Below are positions 9,668 to 21,173 of a stretch of DNA of 64,000 bases, one piece after another (within the stretch, counting starts at the first letter, position 1; each line of letters begins with the position of its first letter). The translations under genes were made by a program, and so were the position numbers. Under the pieces are notes generated by a model. The model ran no database searches. It was not told where the DNA came from and saw only the letters and a program-made list of their open reading frames with translations. The stretch spans positions 416,001 through 480,000 of the forward strand of contig RDOB01000002.1 of NCBI GenBank assembly GCA_011364965.1, read 5' to 3'. The DNA comes from Candidatus Heimdallarchaeota archaeon (GTDB lineage Archaea; Asgardarchaeota; Heimdallarchaeia; Hodarchaeales; Hodarchaeaceae).

Positions 9668-12583
9668 TTACTCACTCGAAGATGAGACTGATGAGGTGTT
9701 ACTTTCTGATTTACTTCTCTGCAGGGATTTTGAAGAATGAAAAATATCTCTTAAATACATCCCCGTTGGACAATCGACATCTGCTATTTCTTCTGGAGCT
9801 CCTGTGGCAAGGATTTCCCCTCCATTATCACCCCCTTCTGGACCAAGTTCTATAATCCAGTCAGCAGTTTTCAGAACATCTAAATTATGTTCAATTACCA
9901 CAACAGTATTCCCCTCTTCAACTAATCTCATCAATACTTTTAACAAAAAAGATATATCATGAGTGGATAATCCAGTTGTTGGTTCATCTAAAATATAAAT
10001 GGTTTTACCAGTGGATCGTTTTGATAATTCTTTTGCGAGTTTTACTCGTTGAGCTTCTCCTCCTGATAAAGTAGTTGCTGGTTGTCCTATTTGAATATAA
10101 CCTAAACCGACATCAGAGATTGTTTGTAATTTAGATTTGATTGGGGGTATGTTTTCAAAGAATTCTAATCCTTCCTCTACAGTCATATTCAGAACATCAT
10201 AGATATTTTTTCCTTTGTAGCGTATTTCTAAGGTGTCGGAATTATACCTTTTCCCTTTACAGTCCTCACACGTAATCCAGACGTCAGGAAGAAAGGAAAG
10301 TTCTATTTTTATCTGCCCTCCGCCATGACATGTTTCGCATCGACCCCCTTTTACATTAAAAGAAAATCTACCTTGTTTGTATCCTCTAATTTTGGATTCA
10401 TTTGTTTGAGAAAACAATGCACGAATATTATCCCAAACTCCAGTATAGGTGGCTGGATTCGAGCGAGGAGTACGACCAATAGGAGATTGATCGATATTAA
10501 TGACCTTATCGACATTATTCAGTCCCTCAAATTTTTCATGGGATCCAACACGCTTTTTAGAACCATGAAGATATTTCATTAATCCTCGATAGAGGGTATC
10601 GTTCATCAAAGTTGATTTACCTGATCCTGAAACACCCGAGATACAAATAAATCTTCCAAGAGGAAATTTAACATTAATATTCTTCAAATTATTAGCTGAA
10701 GCACCGATAATGGATATCGATTTTCCGTTACCTGTTTTTCGGGTTTTTGGTATTTCTATTATTCTTCTCCCAGATAGATATGAACCTGTGATCGAGTTTG
10801 GGCAATTCATAATGTCGTCAGAAGTGCCTTGAATTACCAAAGTACCACCATGAATGCCTGGTCCAGGTCCAAGATCAATTATATGATCTGCTTCGAATAT
10901 TGTTTGATGATCATGTTCAACTGCTAGAACCGTATTTCCAATATCAGTTAAATTTCGTAATGAGTTTAATAATTTACCTTGATCACGAGCATGCAAACCA
11001 ATACTAGGTTCATCTAATACATAAGTTACACCAACTAATGCTGATCCTATTTGTGTTGCCAATCGTATGCGCTGACTTTCTCCACCTGAAAGTGTCATTG
11101 ATTTTCTGTCTAATGTTAAATATGGTAGACCCACTGATATAAGAAAATCCAATCTAGCTTCAATCTCTCTTAGAATATTTTTTGCTATGGTAAATTCGTT
11201 CTCTGATAGTTGCGGTCTTAGTTCTCCTAACCACAAGCGACATTTTTCAACAGTCATTTCGCTGATTTGAATGATATTTTTATCTCGAATTGTCACAGCG
11301 AGGGATTCGGGTTTTAAACGTTTTCCTTTGCAACTTTCACAAGGTGCTCGCCTCATTAATGATTCATAATAGCGTCTAGCTCCATCGCTTTTAGTTTCTT
11401 GATATCTTCTCCAAACTGTATTAATGATACCTTCATGCTGATGTCGTTTAGATTCCCATTTACTCCTGTCAGATTCGAATACAATATTCATCTCTGTTTT
11501 TGATCCATAGAGTAATCTGTTTATTACTTCTGGTTTAAGATCTTTAAGAGGAGTGTTGATATCAAAATCATTCCAAGCTTTTGCTAGAGAAGTATAGTAG
11601 GAATACCGCCATGTTCCTGGTTTTAGAGGTTTATCCATGACCCCTCCATCACGAAATGACAAATTGGGATTAGTTATAATTAAATCGGGATCCATTCGAA
11701 GAGTGGTTCCTAATCCCTGACAGGTTGGGCAATGACCCCAAGGGGAATTGAAACTAAAATTTCTAGGTTTTAACTCCTCAAATGATAATTCACAATCAGG
11801 ACAGGCATAATTCTCAGAAAAAAGAATATCTTCATCTGGATCCGAGTTATCCCTGCCTATTCGAGCAATAATTACAACACCTTCTCCTAAATCCAATGCT
11901 TGTTCAATAGACTCGATTAAACGCTTTTTAATTGAACCATTAATAACTAATCGATCCACGATCGCTTCAATGGAATGGATTTTATAACGATCTAGGGTAG
12001 GTGGATTCGCGAGATCAAAATCTTCACTATCAATTCGTACACGAACGTACCCCATTTCTTTCAAGCGATCCCATTCAGTATGATGTGTTCCTTTCTTTCC
12101 ACGTATCACTGGAGCTAAAACTTTGATTCGAGTTCCTTCTGCCCATGCCATGATAGTTCTAACAATTGATTGGGGAGTTTGAATTTGAAGCTCCTTTCCA
12201 CAGGATGTGCAATGCGCAATACCAATATTCGCGAAAAGTAATCTTAAATAATCAAAAATTTCAGTTTGGGTCCCAACAGTAGATCGGGGGTTCTTACTTG
12301 TCGTTTTCTGCTCAATAGAAACTGCAGGGGATAATCCTTCGATTAATTCTACATCGGGTTTTTGCATTCGACCTAAGAATTGTCTGGCATATGCACTTAG
12401 AGATTCTACATATCGTCTTTGTCCTTCAGCAAATATTACATCAAAAGCTAAACTTGATTTGCCTGATCCAGAAACTCCAGTAATGACAACAAATTGATTT
12501 CGTGGAATTTTAACGGTTAAATCTTTCAGATTGTGAACTCTAGCCTTTTGAACATAAATAAATTCTTTCTTGGATTCAGACAT
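9668..12583 (-). CDS. uvrA: Excinuclease ABC subunit A
   Basis: ARVHNLK, two Walker A motifs (GVSGSGKSS, GVSGSGKST), AEGQRRYVESLS, LSGGESQRIRLA, zinc fingers, IGRTPRSNPATY. Confidence 0.98.
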   Translation of the reverse strand: MSESKKEFIYVQKARVHNLKDLTVKIPRNQFVVITGVSGSGKSSLAFDVIFAEGQRRYVESLSAYARQFLGRMQKPDVELIEGLSPAVSIEQKTTSKNPRSTVGTQTEIFDYLRLLFANIGIAHCTSCGKELQIQTPQSIVRTIMAWAEGTRIKVLAPVIRGKKGTHHTEWDRLKEMGYVRVRIDSEDFDLANPPTLDRYKIHSIEAIVDRLVINGSIKKRLIESIEQALDLGEGVVIIARIGRDNSDPDEDILFSENYACPDCELSFEELKPRNFSFNSPWGHCPTCQGLGTTLRMDPDLIITNPNLSFRDGGVMDKPLKPGTWRYSYYTSLAKAWNDFDINTPLKDLKPEVINRLLYGSKTEMNIVFESDRSKWESKRHQHEGIINTVWRRYQETKSDGARRYYESLMRRAPCESCKGKRLKPESLAVTIRDKNIIQISEMTVEKCRLWLGELRPQLSENEFTIAKNILREIEARLDFLISVGLPYLTLDRKSMTLSGGESQRIRLATQIGSALVGVTYVLDEPSIGLHARDQGKLLNSLRNLTDIGNTVLAVEHDHQTIFEADHIIDLGPGPGIHGGTLVIQGTSDDIMNCPNSITGSYLSGRRIIEIPKTRKTGNGKSISIIGASANNLKNINVKFPLGRFICISGVSGSGKSTLMNDTLYRGLMKYLHGSKKRVGSHEKFEGLNNVDKVINIDQSPIGRTPRSNPATYTGVWDNIRALFSQTNESKIRGYKQGRFSFNVKGGRCETCHGGGQIKIELSFLPDVWITCEDCKGKRYNSDTLEIRYKGKNIYDVLNMTVEEGLEFFENIPPIKSKLQTISDVGLGYIQIGQPATTLSGGEAQRVKLAKELSKRSTGKTIYILDEPTTGLSTHDISFLLKVLMRLVEEGNTVVVIEHNLDVLKTADWIIELGPEGGDNGGEILATGAPEEIADVDCPTGMYLRDIFHSSKSLQRSKSESNTSSVSSSSE

Positions 12584-13073
12584 GTCACGATATTCCTGTA
12601 CTCATCGCGTTTTTAAGATCGGTTATAGTGGCAACGAAATTAGAGAAGAATATACACCCTACTGTCCACTAAGGAAATAAAATAGTGGATATTTACAGTA
12701 AAAGAACAAAGTGAACCTATTCCTATAATTTCTGTACTTCTCCACAGACTAAGTTCCTTATGGATGCAGTATTAATAGGTTTTAGTACACTGAAATCAAA
12801 TTCTAAACAGAAATTCAGTCCAAAAAGAGAAGATTAGGAGTTTTTTTGAGATTTTAAGTGTTAATTAATAGATGAGATCTGTAAATTGGGGTAATTTGAT
12901 GATATTGAACGAAATTAAAGCTTAAAATTATAGATTATTTGATTTTATTCGATTCTGGGAAGACTGCGGTTTTTTGTTTCAGTTACTCTTTTAAGATGAA
13001 AAATCCCAACACAGAGTAAGCTAACTGTGCATTGTTTGGAAATGGACAGGCAACTTAAACAACTTTTTTTGGA

Positions 13074-16000
13074 ATGAATAAAATAAAAATGGGATTTAAA
13101 ATGGGAAAATGGAAATTTTTGTTAATCTCCATGATTCTACTGCTAGTAGGGGGTTCAACAGCTCTTTCAACGTTTTCTTCTAACTTAGTGACTTCTGAAA
13201 GGGTGAAAGAAACTTCTATATTACTTTCACCATTACAAGGTAACTATATTTTACCAGAAACATATTCACCTCCCCGATTGGTTATAACAAGCGAACCAAC
13301 AGTTAACGCGATGGCAGATCATACCATGTCTTTGAGAGGAACTAATGATAGTCTTCGATTTAGTGTCATGTTTACAGCAGATGAAACTGCGCATTATTGG
13401 ATGCATGCAAGGCTATATGACAATACAGAAAGTACTATTATTATAGAATCGGACTCTTGGGGCGAAACTATCATTGCAGGAAACACTAGAACTGTTATAT
13501 TTGACTTTTGTGGCTATATAATCAATGAAGCGGGATTCGATGGTCCCTATGCAGTATACTTGGATTTTAATATGGAATTGAGTAATGGAACCACCATTCA
13601 TATTTATGGAGACGAAATAACTCCATACGAGAATGTTCACTGGACAAAACCATATCTAGCAACAGATTTTGCAGTGTATCCAATAATTATCAATTCTGTC
13701 ACACCCAACTATATAGATACTGATAATGGTTTATATGAATGGGTAGATGTTGAACTCGATTTGACTGTCAATATAAAAGATGATTATTGGTTTGATGCCA
13801 ATTTTCGTTTTACGGGTACTGGAAGTCCTGAAGATGCATATACTCGCCAATATTTGACCGTTGGCACTCATACCGTGACATTAAAGTTTGCTACATGGGA
13901 TTTTGCACAATATAGCGTAAGTGCTGAAACTATGATGTTAAGTTATTTATATATTCGGCATGATACCTCTCCTAGTTGGGGAGTATTTGAAGCATGGGAT
14001 TATTATACTACTGGATCCACTTATTCTTCAAGTGATTTCGATACCCCTCCAATAGTATTAACAGGTCGATTTTGGGAAGATACAGAGAGTAACTGGGATC
14101 TCGATGGTGATGGAAAATTCGATTATTACAAAGTTATTGCTGAAGTTGACAAACTTCGAGTTGAAGATGGACAATTTAGGCTTTATGCTAATCTTTGTAA
14201 TGAAACAGGATATGGAATCAGTGGTGGATGGGCTGAATATAATTCAGATGCTTTTCAGCTCAATAACATTGAACCAGTGAATGTGACATTTGTTTTTAAT
14301 GGGATTGATATTTATAGAAATAAGCTTTTCAATAGTCGACTGTTATTAAATAACCTACAGGGCTATTATTCCTATAATACTCCAAATTGGGATGATTGGT
14401 TTTCATTTAGCGATACCTGGTTAAGTCCAACCTATTATAATTTCACTGCATTTGAAGGGCCTACAGCATTTTTAACTGGCAATTTCTATGATTATGGATT
14501 GGATACTGATGGTGGTGGTTTTGATTATCTAGTGGTCGAAATTGAAGTTGATGTTTTAGAAGCACGCGAGTTTGGGTTCTATGGCGACATCCATGCTAAT
14601 GATAGATACCAATATGCATCAATGTCATATACGTTCACTAGTACTGGTGTTCAAACTGTCTCCTTACAATTTGAAGCGTTCGAAATTTATCGAAGCGGAA
14701 TTGTAAACACCCCAGTTACACTATACATTAGTTTAGAACAACATAATCCATATGTCTATTTGCAAGGTATGTCAGTTGATTTAAGTAATTATACATATAG
14801 TGATTTCAATCCTCCTCATGCACAATTCTTTATACCTGCGGCCTTTAGTGAGTATACATTCGATTCTACTGATCCTGATACAACGTGGGATGAACTAAAG
14901 ATCGTCGTACCCCTTCAGGTTAACAAGGCTGGTTATTATTACGTCTATGGTACCTTAAGAAATCCTGTTACAAATCAAGACCGAAGCTTTTCTAGTACCT
15001 ATGCATACTTCAATGTAGGGAATGAATCAACGATAACTTTGTCTTTCCCCAGTGCGTGGTTCTGGGCTCAACACACCAATACAAGTTATATCCTCTCGTA
15101 TGTCCAAATTACGGAAACAGATTCGAGTGGAAATTCTCTCAGATCATGGGATACAATATATAACGCCTATACTACCAGTATTTATGATTCTACCGATTTT
15201 GATGCCCCTCCAGCTTATATCACTGGGAACTTCTATGAGTGGACTGTTGATAAAGACTCAGATGGTGATTTTGATTTTTTGGTTGTTGCAATTGAAATTG
15301 AGACTACTCTTAGCGGTTTAAATGTGGAATTAGACGCTAATCTACAGACATCAGTATATGATAGAGGGACATATAATTATACATCCTTAAATTATGTCGG
15401 TAGGCATAATATCAGTATGTTCTGGGATGCAACACAACTTTGGGATACTCAAAGCGAAACAGAAAACTATACCATCAATTTCAGGATGTATGATACCTAT
15501 AATTGGATTCTCTTAGACCAACAAAACTATATTACTCATGCCTACTCATGGTATCAATGGGATCCCCCTGGAATTACATTTACAGGAAATGTTAGTGAGA
15601 ATGCATACGATGCAGATTATCCAGTAGATGGAAAATACGACTTTATAGAAATTAGCGTTGAAGTTCAAGTCACTCAAGCAGGTTACTATAATTTAGAAGG
15701 GTCTATCTATGCTTACGATGGCGGAGACAGCGCATGGTTCTATGCTGATTATCAATATTATTCCGTTGGAATACACTGGATTACCACAAAAGCAGTCAAT
15801 TATGCTTGGGTACGAAATCATCTCGATGGTACAGGTTTTTATATTAGCTATATGTATCTTCATGAGCAAATATCAGGTTTCGAAACAATCCTTCAGGATT
15901 ATGACGAATCAGATCACGACTTCAGTCGTATATACTATCATTCCGAATTTGATCAATTGGATGCATGGGTTGTCAGTATTATTAACAATTTCGTAGTAGA

Positions 16001-17339
16001 TACGAATAACGATTCGTTGTACGATTATTGGAGTGTCGTTTTCCTCATAAATGTAATCAAAGATGGTGCAAATCTCTACTTTTGTGCAGATTTGGAATCA
16101 GTAGAAACAGGTAACTATATCGCAGACGCATATGTTTATCTATACGGTGTACCAGACGGTTTATTAAATATCACCCTCAACTTTCGTGGCTCTCGCCTCT
16201 ATAACTCTGGTTTCTCTGGACAGGTTCGAATTTCATATTATTATCTTGTAGAAACCACTGAATGGATGGAACTTCAGAGAAAATATCCTGATTTCATTCT
16301 TGATGGTACTTATTCATTCAGTGACTTTTCTCCAAGTTATATTGACCTCACAAATGTTTGGCCATTATCTGGAAGTATTTTCCTTAAAAACGAAAATACA
16401 GGTGTCGGTTTTGGTTTTGAGACATCTGATAACGAAGATGTAAGCTGGATAACTGTGGAGATTTGGATTGATGATGTATATGAAAAAAGTATTAGTTTGT
16501 ATTCTAGTAAGTCCCATAGCCTTAACTATGAAGAATGGGGCGACATTGAGCTCACATTCGATCGTGGAAGCAGATGGGAACTTGTAGTCAATGTTTATGG
16601 AACTGAAGGATCCGAAAGAACATATACCATCATTTACTTCGTGATTGGGGGTCCAGTGTTCTTTGAATTCCGTGCAAATATCTCTGCAGTTATGCTTGGT
16701 GGAACGATCAAATTCACTGCTGATGTATATGATGTAGATGGAATAGCAAGCGTTACACTTCATATTGAGGGTACTGAAGTTCCAATGGCTTTTGAAAGCA
16801 ATTCCACTTGGGGTGAATATTGGTTCGTTGAATATACTTTCAATACTGTTGGGCAATTTGCAGTTTATGCTACAGCTGAGGATAGTACAGGGATGATAGG
16901 AATGTCCGCGGAGCGTACTATATATGTCAATGATGGCCCTGAGATTATATCGGTTACAGTGTCTCCTGATAATACAGTTGATGTGGGTGAAGAGGTCACT
17001 TTTGTAGTTCAAATACGTAAATCGGACGCAATTATCACAAGCGTAACATTAGAAGTCGTGGACAACAAAGGAAACAAATATATCGATGATTTTATTCTAT
17101 CAACACAAAATAACGAAACACTTACTTATACTGCAAAATTTACTCCTCAGAAAGTCGGAACACACGTTTGTACGATCCGTGCATTAACTACAAAAAACCA
17201 AGTATCAAGTGCTGAAGAAATTCTTACAGTACTTGGAACAGAAACAATCAATGTCACCCCTGGTTTTGATTTCTTTGTAGCGCTCTGTCTTTTGTCACTA
17301 ATTCCAACAATAGAAAAAGCTCGGAGAAAAAAGGATTAA
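13074..17339 (+). CDS. Large cell-surface protein with ~8 tandem beta-sandwich repeats carrying DxDxDG-like loops, Ig-like C-terminal domains and a PGF-CTERM-like anchor
   Basis: Signal peptide; repeats such as DLDGDGKFDYYKV, DTDGGGFDYLVV, DKDSDGDFDFLVV, DTNNDSLYDYWSV; ends TPGF + hydrophobic helix + RRKKD. Confidence 0.85.
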   Translation: MNKIKMGFKMGKWKFLLISMILLLVGGSTALSTFSSNLVTSERVKETSILLSPLQGNYILPETYSPPRLVITSEPTVNAMADHTMSLRGTNDSLRFSVMFTADETAHYWMHARLYDNTESTIIIESDSWGETIIAGNTRTVIFDFCGYIINEAGFDGPYAVYLDFNMELSNGTTIHIYGDEITPYENVHWTKPYLATDFAVYPIIINSVTPNYIDTDNGLYEWVDVELDLTVNIKDDYWFDANFRFTGTGSPEDAYTRQYLTVGTHTVTLKFATWDFAQYSVSAETMMLSYLYIRHDTSPSWGVFEAWDYYTTGSTYSSSDFDTPPIVLTGRFWEDTESNWDLDGDGKFDYYKVIAEVDKLRVEDGQFRLYANLCNETGYGISGGWAEYNSDAFQLNNIEPVNVTFVFNGIDIYRNKLFNSRLLLNNLQGYYSYNTPNWDDWFSFSDTWLSPTYYNFTAFEGPTAFLTGNFYDYGLDTDGGGFDYLVVEIEVDVLEAREFGFYGDIHANDRYQYASMSYTFTSTGVQTVSLQFEAFEIYRSGIVNTPVTLYISLEQHNPYVYLQGMSVDLSNYTYSDFNPPHAQFFIPAAFSEYTFDSTDPDTTWDELKIVVPLQVNKAGYYYVYGTLRNPVTNQDRSFSSTYAYFNVGNESTITLSFPSAWFWAQHTNTSYILSYVQITETDSSGNSLRSWDTIYNAYTTSIYDSTDFDAPPAYITGNFYEWTVDKDSDGDFDFLVVAIEIETTLSGLNVELDANLQTSVYDRGTYNYTSLNYVGRHNISMFWDATQLWDTQSETENYTINFRMYDTYNWILLDQQNYITHAYSWYQWDPPGITFTGNVSENAYDADYPVDGKYDFIEISVEVQVTQAGYYNLEGSIYAYDGGDSAWFYADYQYYSVGIHWITTKAVNYAWVRNHLDGTGFYISYMYLHEQISGFETILQDYDESDHDFSRIYYHSEFDQLDAWVVSIINNFVVDTNNDSLYDYWSVVFLINVIKDGANLYFCADLESVETGNYIADAYVYLYGVPDGLLNITLNFRGSRLYNSGFSGQVRISYYYLVETTEWMELQRKYPDFILDGTYSFSDFSPSYIDLTNVWPLSGSIFLKNENTGVGFGFETSDNEDVSWITVEIWIDDVYEKSISLYSSKSHSLNYEEWGDIELTFDRGSRWELVVNVYGTEGSERTYTIIYFVIGGPVFFEFRANISAVMLGGTIKFTADVYDVDGIASVTLHIEGTEVPMAFESNSTWGEYWFVEYTFNTVGQFAVYATAEDSTGMIGMSAERTIYVNDGPEIISVTVSPDNTVDVGEEVTFVVQIRKSDAIITSVTLEVVDNKGNKYIDDFILSTQNNETLTYTAKFTPQKVGTHVCTIRALTTKNQVSSAEEILTVLGTETINVTPGFDFFVALCLLSLIPTIEKARRKKD

Positions 17340-17345
17340 AATTCC

Positions 17346-17373
17346 TCTTTTTTCTCTTTTTTTTACTTTTTTT
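17346..17373 (+). terminator. Oligo-T archaeal terminator after the surface protein gene
   Basis: tcttttttctcttttttttacttttttt directly after the stop codon. Confidence 0.55.
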
Positions 17374-17474
17374 GGGCTATTAGTAGTTCTATTGAAAATA
17401 GTCGAAATCTATTATTTTTAGTGACTTTTGCCAAAACCTCGTTCCTTTTAAGGGAGTGATGTCTTGACTTCTTT

Positions 17475-19313
17475 ATGGCAAAGAGCGAAAATTCCCAAAA
17501 GATAATACCCAAATCTTTCTGGCAATGGTTTATTGCGCATCTGACAGCTAATCCTCTCATTATAGTGGTGGTTGTCGTTGGTACAGCAGGAATAATCTTC
17601 TGTCGCTTATTGATTCCAATATTCTTAGGCCAAACGGTTGATATTGCAATCATTGATAAAAATAATTTACTAACTGATCCCCAACAACTTGCTCAGCTTA
17701 CGAATTATGTCAAGCTTATTTTTAGTTTAGCTATCCTTCAGTTTTTGATAAGTATTTTAACAACTCTAGCTAACGAACGATTGTCTTGGACAGCTCAACG
17801 TCGAATTCGCGAAGAATTTTTCGATTCAATGCAAAACAAACCTTTGAAATTCCACGATTCTGTGCGTACAGGAGAGTTAATGGCCCTCGCAACGAATGAT
17901 TTGGGCCAAGTAGGAGGATTAATTTCACCTGGATTTGGAATGATGGCGAATGTGTTTATTTCACTAATTTTTTCCTCTTATCTAATTTTAGAGGCATTAA
18001 ACGCTCCAGTCTTAATTCTTATATCAATTCCATTCTTGATTGTCTATCTTTGGGCAGTTTTTGCATATAATAAGAAAATGGCTCCTATTAGCGCGACTTT
18101 TATGCGGAAATGGTCCGCTATTGCTACAGCAGTTCAAGATAACATCACAGGGGCTGAAGTAGTAAGAGCGTTTGCAGAAGAAAGCTATGAACGAGAAAAA
18201 TTTATGAAATATGTGTTAGATTTTCGCGAAACTTGGTACACGCGACAAATAATCCAAGCTCGATATTTTCCTTCCCTAGTGCTTTTCGCAGCTATTGGTT
18301 TCTCAGTAGCTATTGGTTCACTTTTAATTGCAGCAGAAGAAATCACCATTGGTAATTTGATTGCATATAATGGATTACTTTTCACACTCCTTGGTCCAAC
18401 TTATGTTATTTCTTTTGCGGTCGCAATATTTAATGGTGGATTGGCAGGCGCAAAAAGAATTCATGCAATGGAAATTCGAGAAGAAAGAGAAGATTCAGAT
18501 GAGAAGGGTGATAAAATTGATGTTTCCAATATTCAAGGATTAATTACCTTTGAAAATGTCTCATTCAAATACCCCACAAGCAAGAAATGGATCTTAGAGG
18601 ATATTTCTTTCACAGCTGCCCCAGGGCAGACAATTGCAATTGTTGGACCAACTGGTAGCGGTAAATCATCTCTAACTAAACTATTATTACGCTTATACGA
18701 TTATGAGGGAACAATAAAGCTAGATGGTTTTGATATCAGAGATATTTCTCTTGAATCATTGCGTAAGTCAATTGGACGAATTGAACAAGATATTTACCTG
18801 TTCCCTCGCTCAGTTAAAGAAAATATAGCATTTGGCGCACGAAATGCTTCCCAAGAAAAGATTGAGAAAGCAGCCAAATTAGCACAGGCCCATGATTTTA
18901 TTATGAAAGATCTTCCAAAAAAGTATGAGTCAAACGTTGGCGAAGGAGGCAGTCGTCTTTCCGGAGGACAACGACAACGTATTGCGTTAGCAAGGACATT
19001 TTTAACTGACCCTCCAATCTTAATCTTGGATGATTCTACTTCTTCCGTTGATTCGAAAACGGAAGAAGAAATTGTAAAAGCGATTCGTGCAGTTAGTCAT
19101 GGAAGAACTACTTTTATCATCACTCATAGATTATCAACCATTCGATCAGCTGATTGCATTCTTGTCATTAAGGGCTCTAAAATTGTCGCTCGTGGACATC
19201 ATTCTAAATTAATCCATACTTCTCCAGATTTCAGAAGAATTTTTGGCAAAAATGTAGAATTACCACCATTACAAATAGAAAAGGATCCTATTCCTACTGG
19301 AGGTGGAAAATAA
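17475..19313 (+). CDS. ABC exporter, fused permease/ATPase (heterodimer subunit 1)
   Basis: 6-TM N-terminal domain, GPTGSGKS, LSGGQRQR, Walker B ILILDD (non-canonical Asp). Confidence 0.93.
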   Translation: MAKSENSQKIIPKSFWQWFIAHLTANPLIIVVVVVGTAGIIFCRLLIPIFLGQTVDIAIIDKNNLLTDPQQLAQLTNYVKLIFSLAILQFLISILTTLANERLSWTAQRRIREEFFDSMQNKPLKFHDSVRTGELMALATNDLGQVGGLISPGFGMMANVFISLIFSSYLILEALNAPVLILISIPFLIVYLWAVFAYNKKMAPISATFMRKWSAIATAVQDNITGAEVVRAFAEESYEREKFMKYVLDFRETWYTRQIIQARYFPSLVLFAAIGFSVAIGSLLIAAEEITIGNLIAYNGLLFTLLGPTYVISFAVAIFNGGLAGAKRIHAMEIREEREDSDEKGDKIDVSNIQGLITFENVSFKYPTSKKWILEDISFTAAPGQTIAIVGPTGSGKSSLTKLLLRLYDYEGTIKLDGFDIRDISLESLRKSIGRIEQDIYLFPRSVKENIAFGARNASQEKIEKAAKLAQAHDFIMKDLPKKYESNVGEGGSRLSGGQRQRIALARTFLTDPPILILDDSTSSVDSKTEEEIVKAIRAVSHGRTTFIITHRLSTIRSADCILVIKGSKIVARGHHSKLIHTSPDFRRIFGKNVELPPLQIEKDPIPTGGGK

Positions 19314-21173
19314 ATGGGTTGGATTTTTGAAGGGATAGAAACTGAAGAAGAAGAACGAAAATATAGTGATAGAGAATTAATTGAACGTTCCATTAGACGA
19401 GTCGCACCGTATAAAAGTCCTATAATTATTTCTACGGTCACAATGATTGGTTTGACTTTCGTTGGGTTACTAGGTCCATTAATTTTTGCTAATCTTATTG
19501 ATACGCTTGAACGAACTCAAAATTATACTGATCTTATCTTAGGTACCATAGTAATTTCTGGCGCGACATATTTCATCCTCTCTGTCTTAAATTGGGTTGG
19601 AGATTATTTAATTAACATTCAATTTGCACGACTCGTGCCTGATTTCATGGTAACCCTTAGAGGGGACATTTTTGATGCTTTCCAAAAGCAAGATATGAAA
19701 TTCTTCGATAAGCATCGGAGTGGGCGCCTTAATTCTCGCGTTTCAAGTGATGCAGCTGATTATGGTGGAGCTGTCTCAATCGTCCTCACTGTTGTTGGAC
19801 AGTTTTTGATAATAATCTCTGTATTTCTTGTATTATTTTTAATCAATCCTCCCCTTGCACTCCTTACAGCATCAGTAGTTCCAATCTTATTACTAGCTAG
19901 TTTTCTATTTCGTCGTGTTGCTAGAAATACATCTATGGCTTTTAGGAAAGTACATGCCTCAGTTAATGCTGCTATGGCTGAATCTGTTAGTGGTATTCAA
20001 GTAAGTAAATCGTTTGGGGTGGAAGCTGAAAGTTTAAATGAGTTCAAAGAGATAAATATGGAGCATTATAAGGCAGGATTTAAGAGAAACATATCAATGA
20101 ATATGTTTTTTCCCTTTGTTAGTGCATTATCTGCATTTGCTACAGTTACAATCCTCCTAGTTGGTGGAGGTGCCGCTATACAAAATCTTGGGTTTATATC
20201 TACAGGTACATTATATATTTTCCTTTCCTATCTAGACAGATTTTTCTTCCCAGTCACTCAATTGGTAAATTTCTATGCCCAAATACAAGCGGGTTTTGCT
20301 GCATATGAACGTATATTACAAGTGATTGATACGGAACCAGAAGTACAGGATTCAGGTGTTTTAGAAGTAGACGAGATTAAAGGAAAAATTGAATTTCAGA
20401 ATATTAATTTTGAATATGAGGAAAATAACCCAGTTCTGAGAAATTTTTCATTAACAATCAATCCTGGAGAGAGACTAGCTATAGTAGGGCATACTGGAGC
20501 TGGAAAAACATCGATTATTTCTATATTGACTCGTTTCTATGAATTTCAAGGTGGCAAAATCTTAGTTGATGGTATTAACGTCAGAGACATCAAAATGAAG
20601 TCATATAGGAAACATCTAGGCATTGTTCTGCAAACCCCTTTCCTTTTCAGTGGAACAATCGAGGAAAACATCACTTACGGACGGAAGGACGCGAGTAAAG
20701 AAGATTTTACTCGGGCACTTGAAATCTCCCGAGTTGATGAAATCTTAGAATATCTTAAAGATGGATTAAAGACTGAAGTAGGAGAGGGAGGATCTTCATT
20801 GAGCACGGGGCAACGTCAATTAGTAAGCTTTGCTCGTGCGCTATTAGCTGACCCTAAGATTCTCATTCTGGATGAAGCAACTTCTTCAGTAGATGCATAC
20901 ACTGAATCTATTATACAGGAATCTTTGGAAGAATTGATGAAAGGTCGAACTTCTATTATCATCGCTCATAGGTTATCGACCGTTAAAAATGCGGATCGAA
21001 TTATAGTGTTAGAAAAAGGAAAGATAATCGAAGAAGGTACTCATGATGCTCTACTTACAAAAGGAGAGGTATATGCCAATCTCTACAACACTTACTTCAA
21101 GCATCAGGAAGTAACTTGGGAACCAGAGAGCTCTATGCCTGAGTTAGCATTGGGAATTACCCCCCCACCTTAA
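19314..21173 (+). CDS. ABC exporter, fused permease/ATPase (heterodimer subunit 2)
   Basis: GHTGAGKT, degenerate signature LSTGQRQ, ILILDEAT, IAHRLST; abuts subunit 1 (TM287/288-type asymmetric pair). Confidence 0.93.
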   Translation: MGWIFEGIETEEEERKYSDRELIERSIRRVAPYKSPIIISTVTMIGLTFVGLLGPLIFANLIDTLERTQNYTDLILGTIVISGATYFILSVLNWVGDYLINIQFARLVPDFMVTLRGDIFDAFQKQDMKFFDKHRSGRLNSRVSSDAADYGGAVSIVLTVVGQFLIIISVFLVLFLINPPLALLTASVVPILLLASFLFRRVARNTSMAFRKVHASVNAAMAESVSGIQVSKSFGVEAESLNEFKEINMEHYKAGFKRNISMNMFFPFVSALSAFATVTILLVGGGAAIQNLGFISTGTLYIFLSYLDRFFFPVTQLVNFYAQIQAGFAAYERILQVIDTEPEVQDSGVLEVDEIKGKIEFQNINFEYEENNPVLRNFSLTINPGERLAIVGHTGAGKTSIISILTRFYEFQGGKILVDGINVRDIKMKSYRKHLGIVLQTPFLFSGTIEENITYGRKDASKEDFTRALEISRVDEILEYLKDGLKTEVGEGGSSLSTGQRQLVSFARALLADPKILILDEATSSVDAYTESIIQESLEELMKGRTSIIIAHRLSTVKNADRIIVLEKGKIIEEGTHDALLTKGEVYANLYNTYFKHQEVTWEPESSMPELALGITPPP

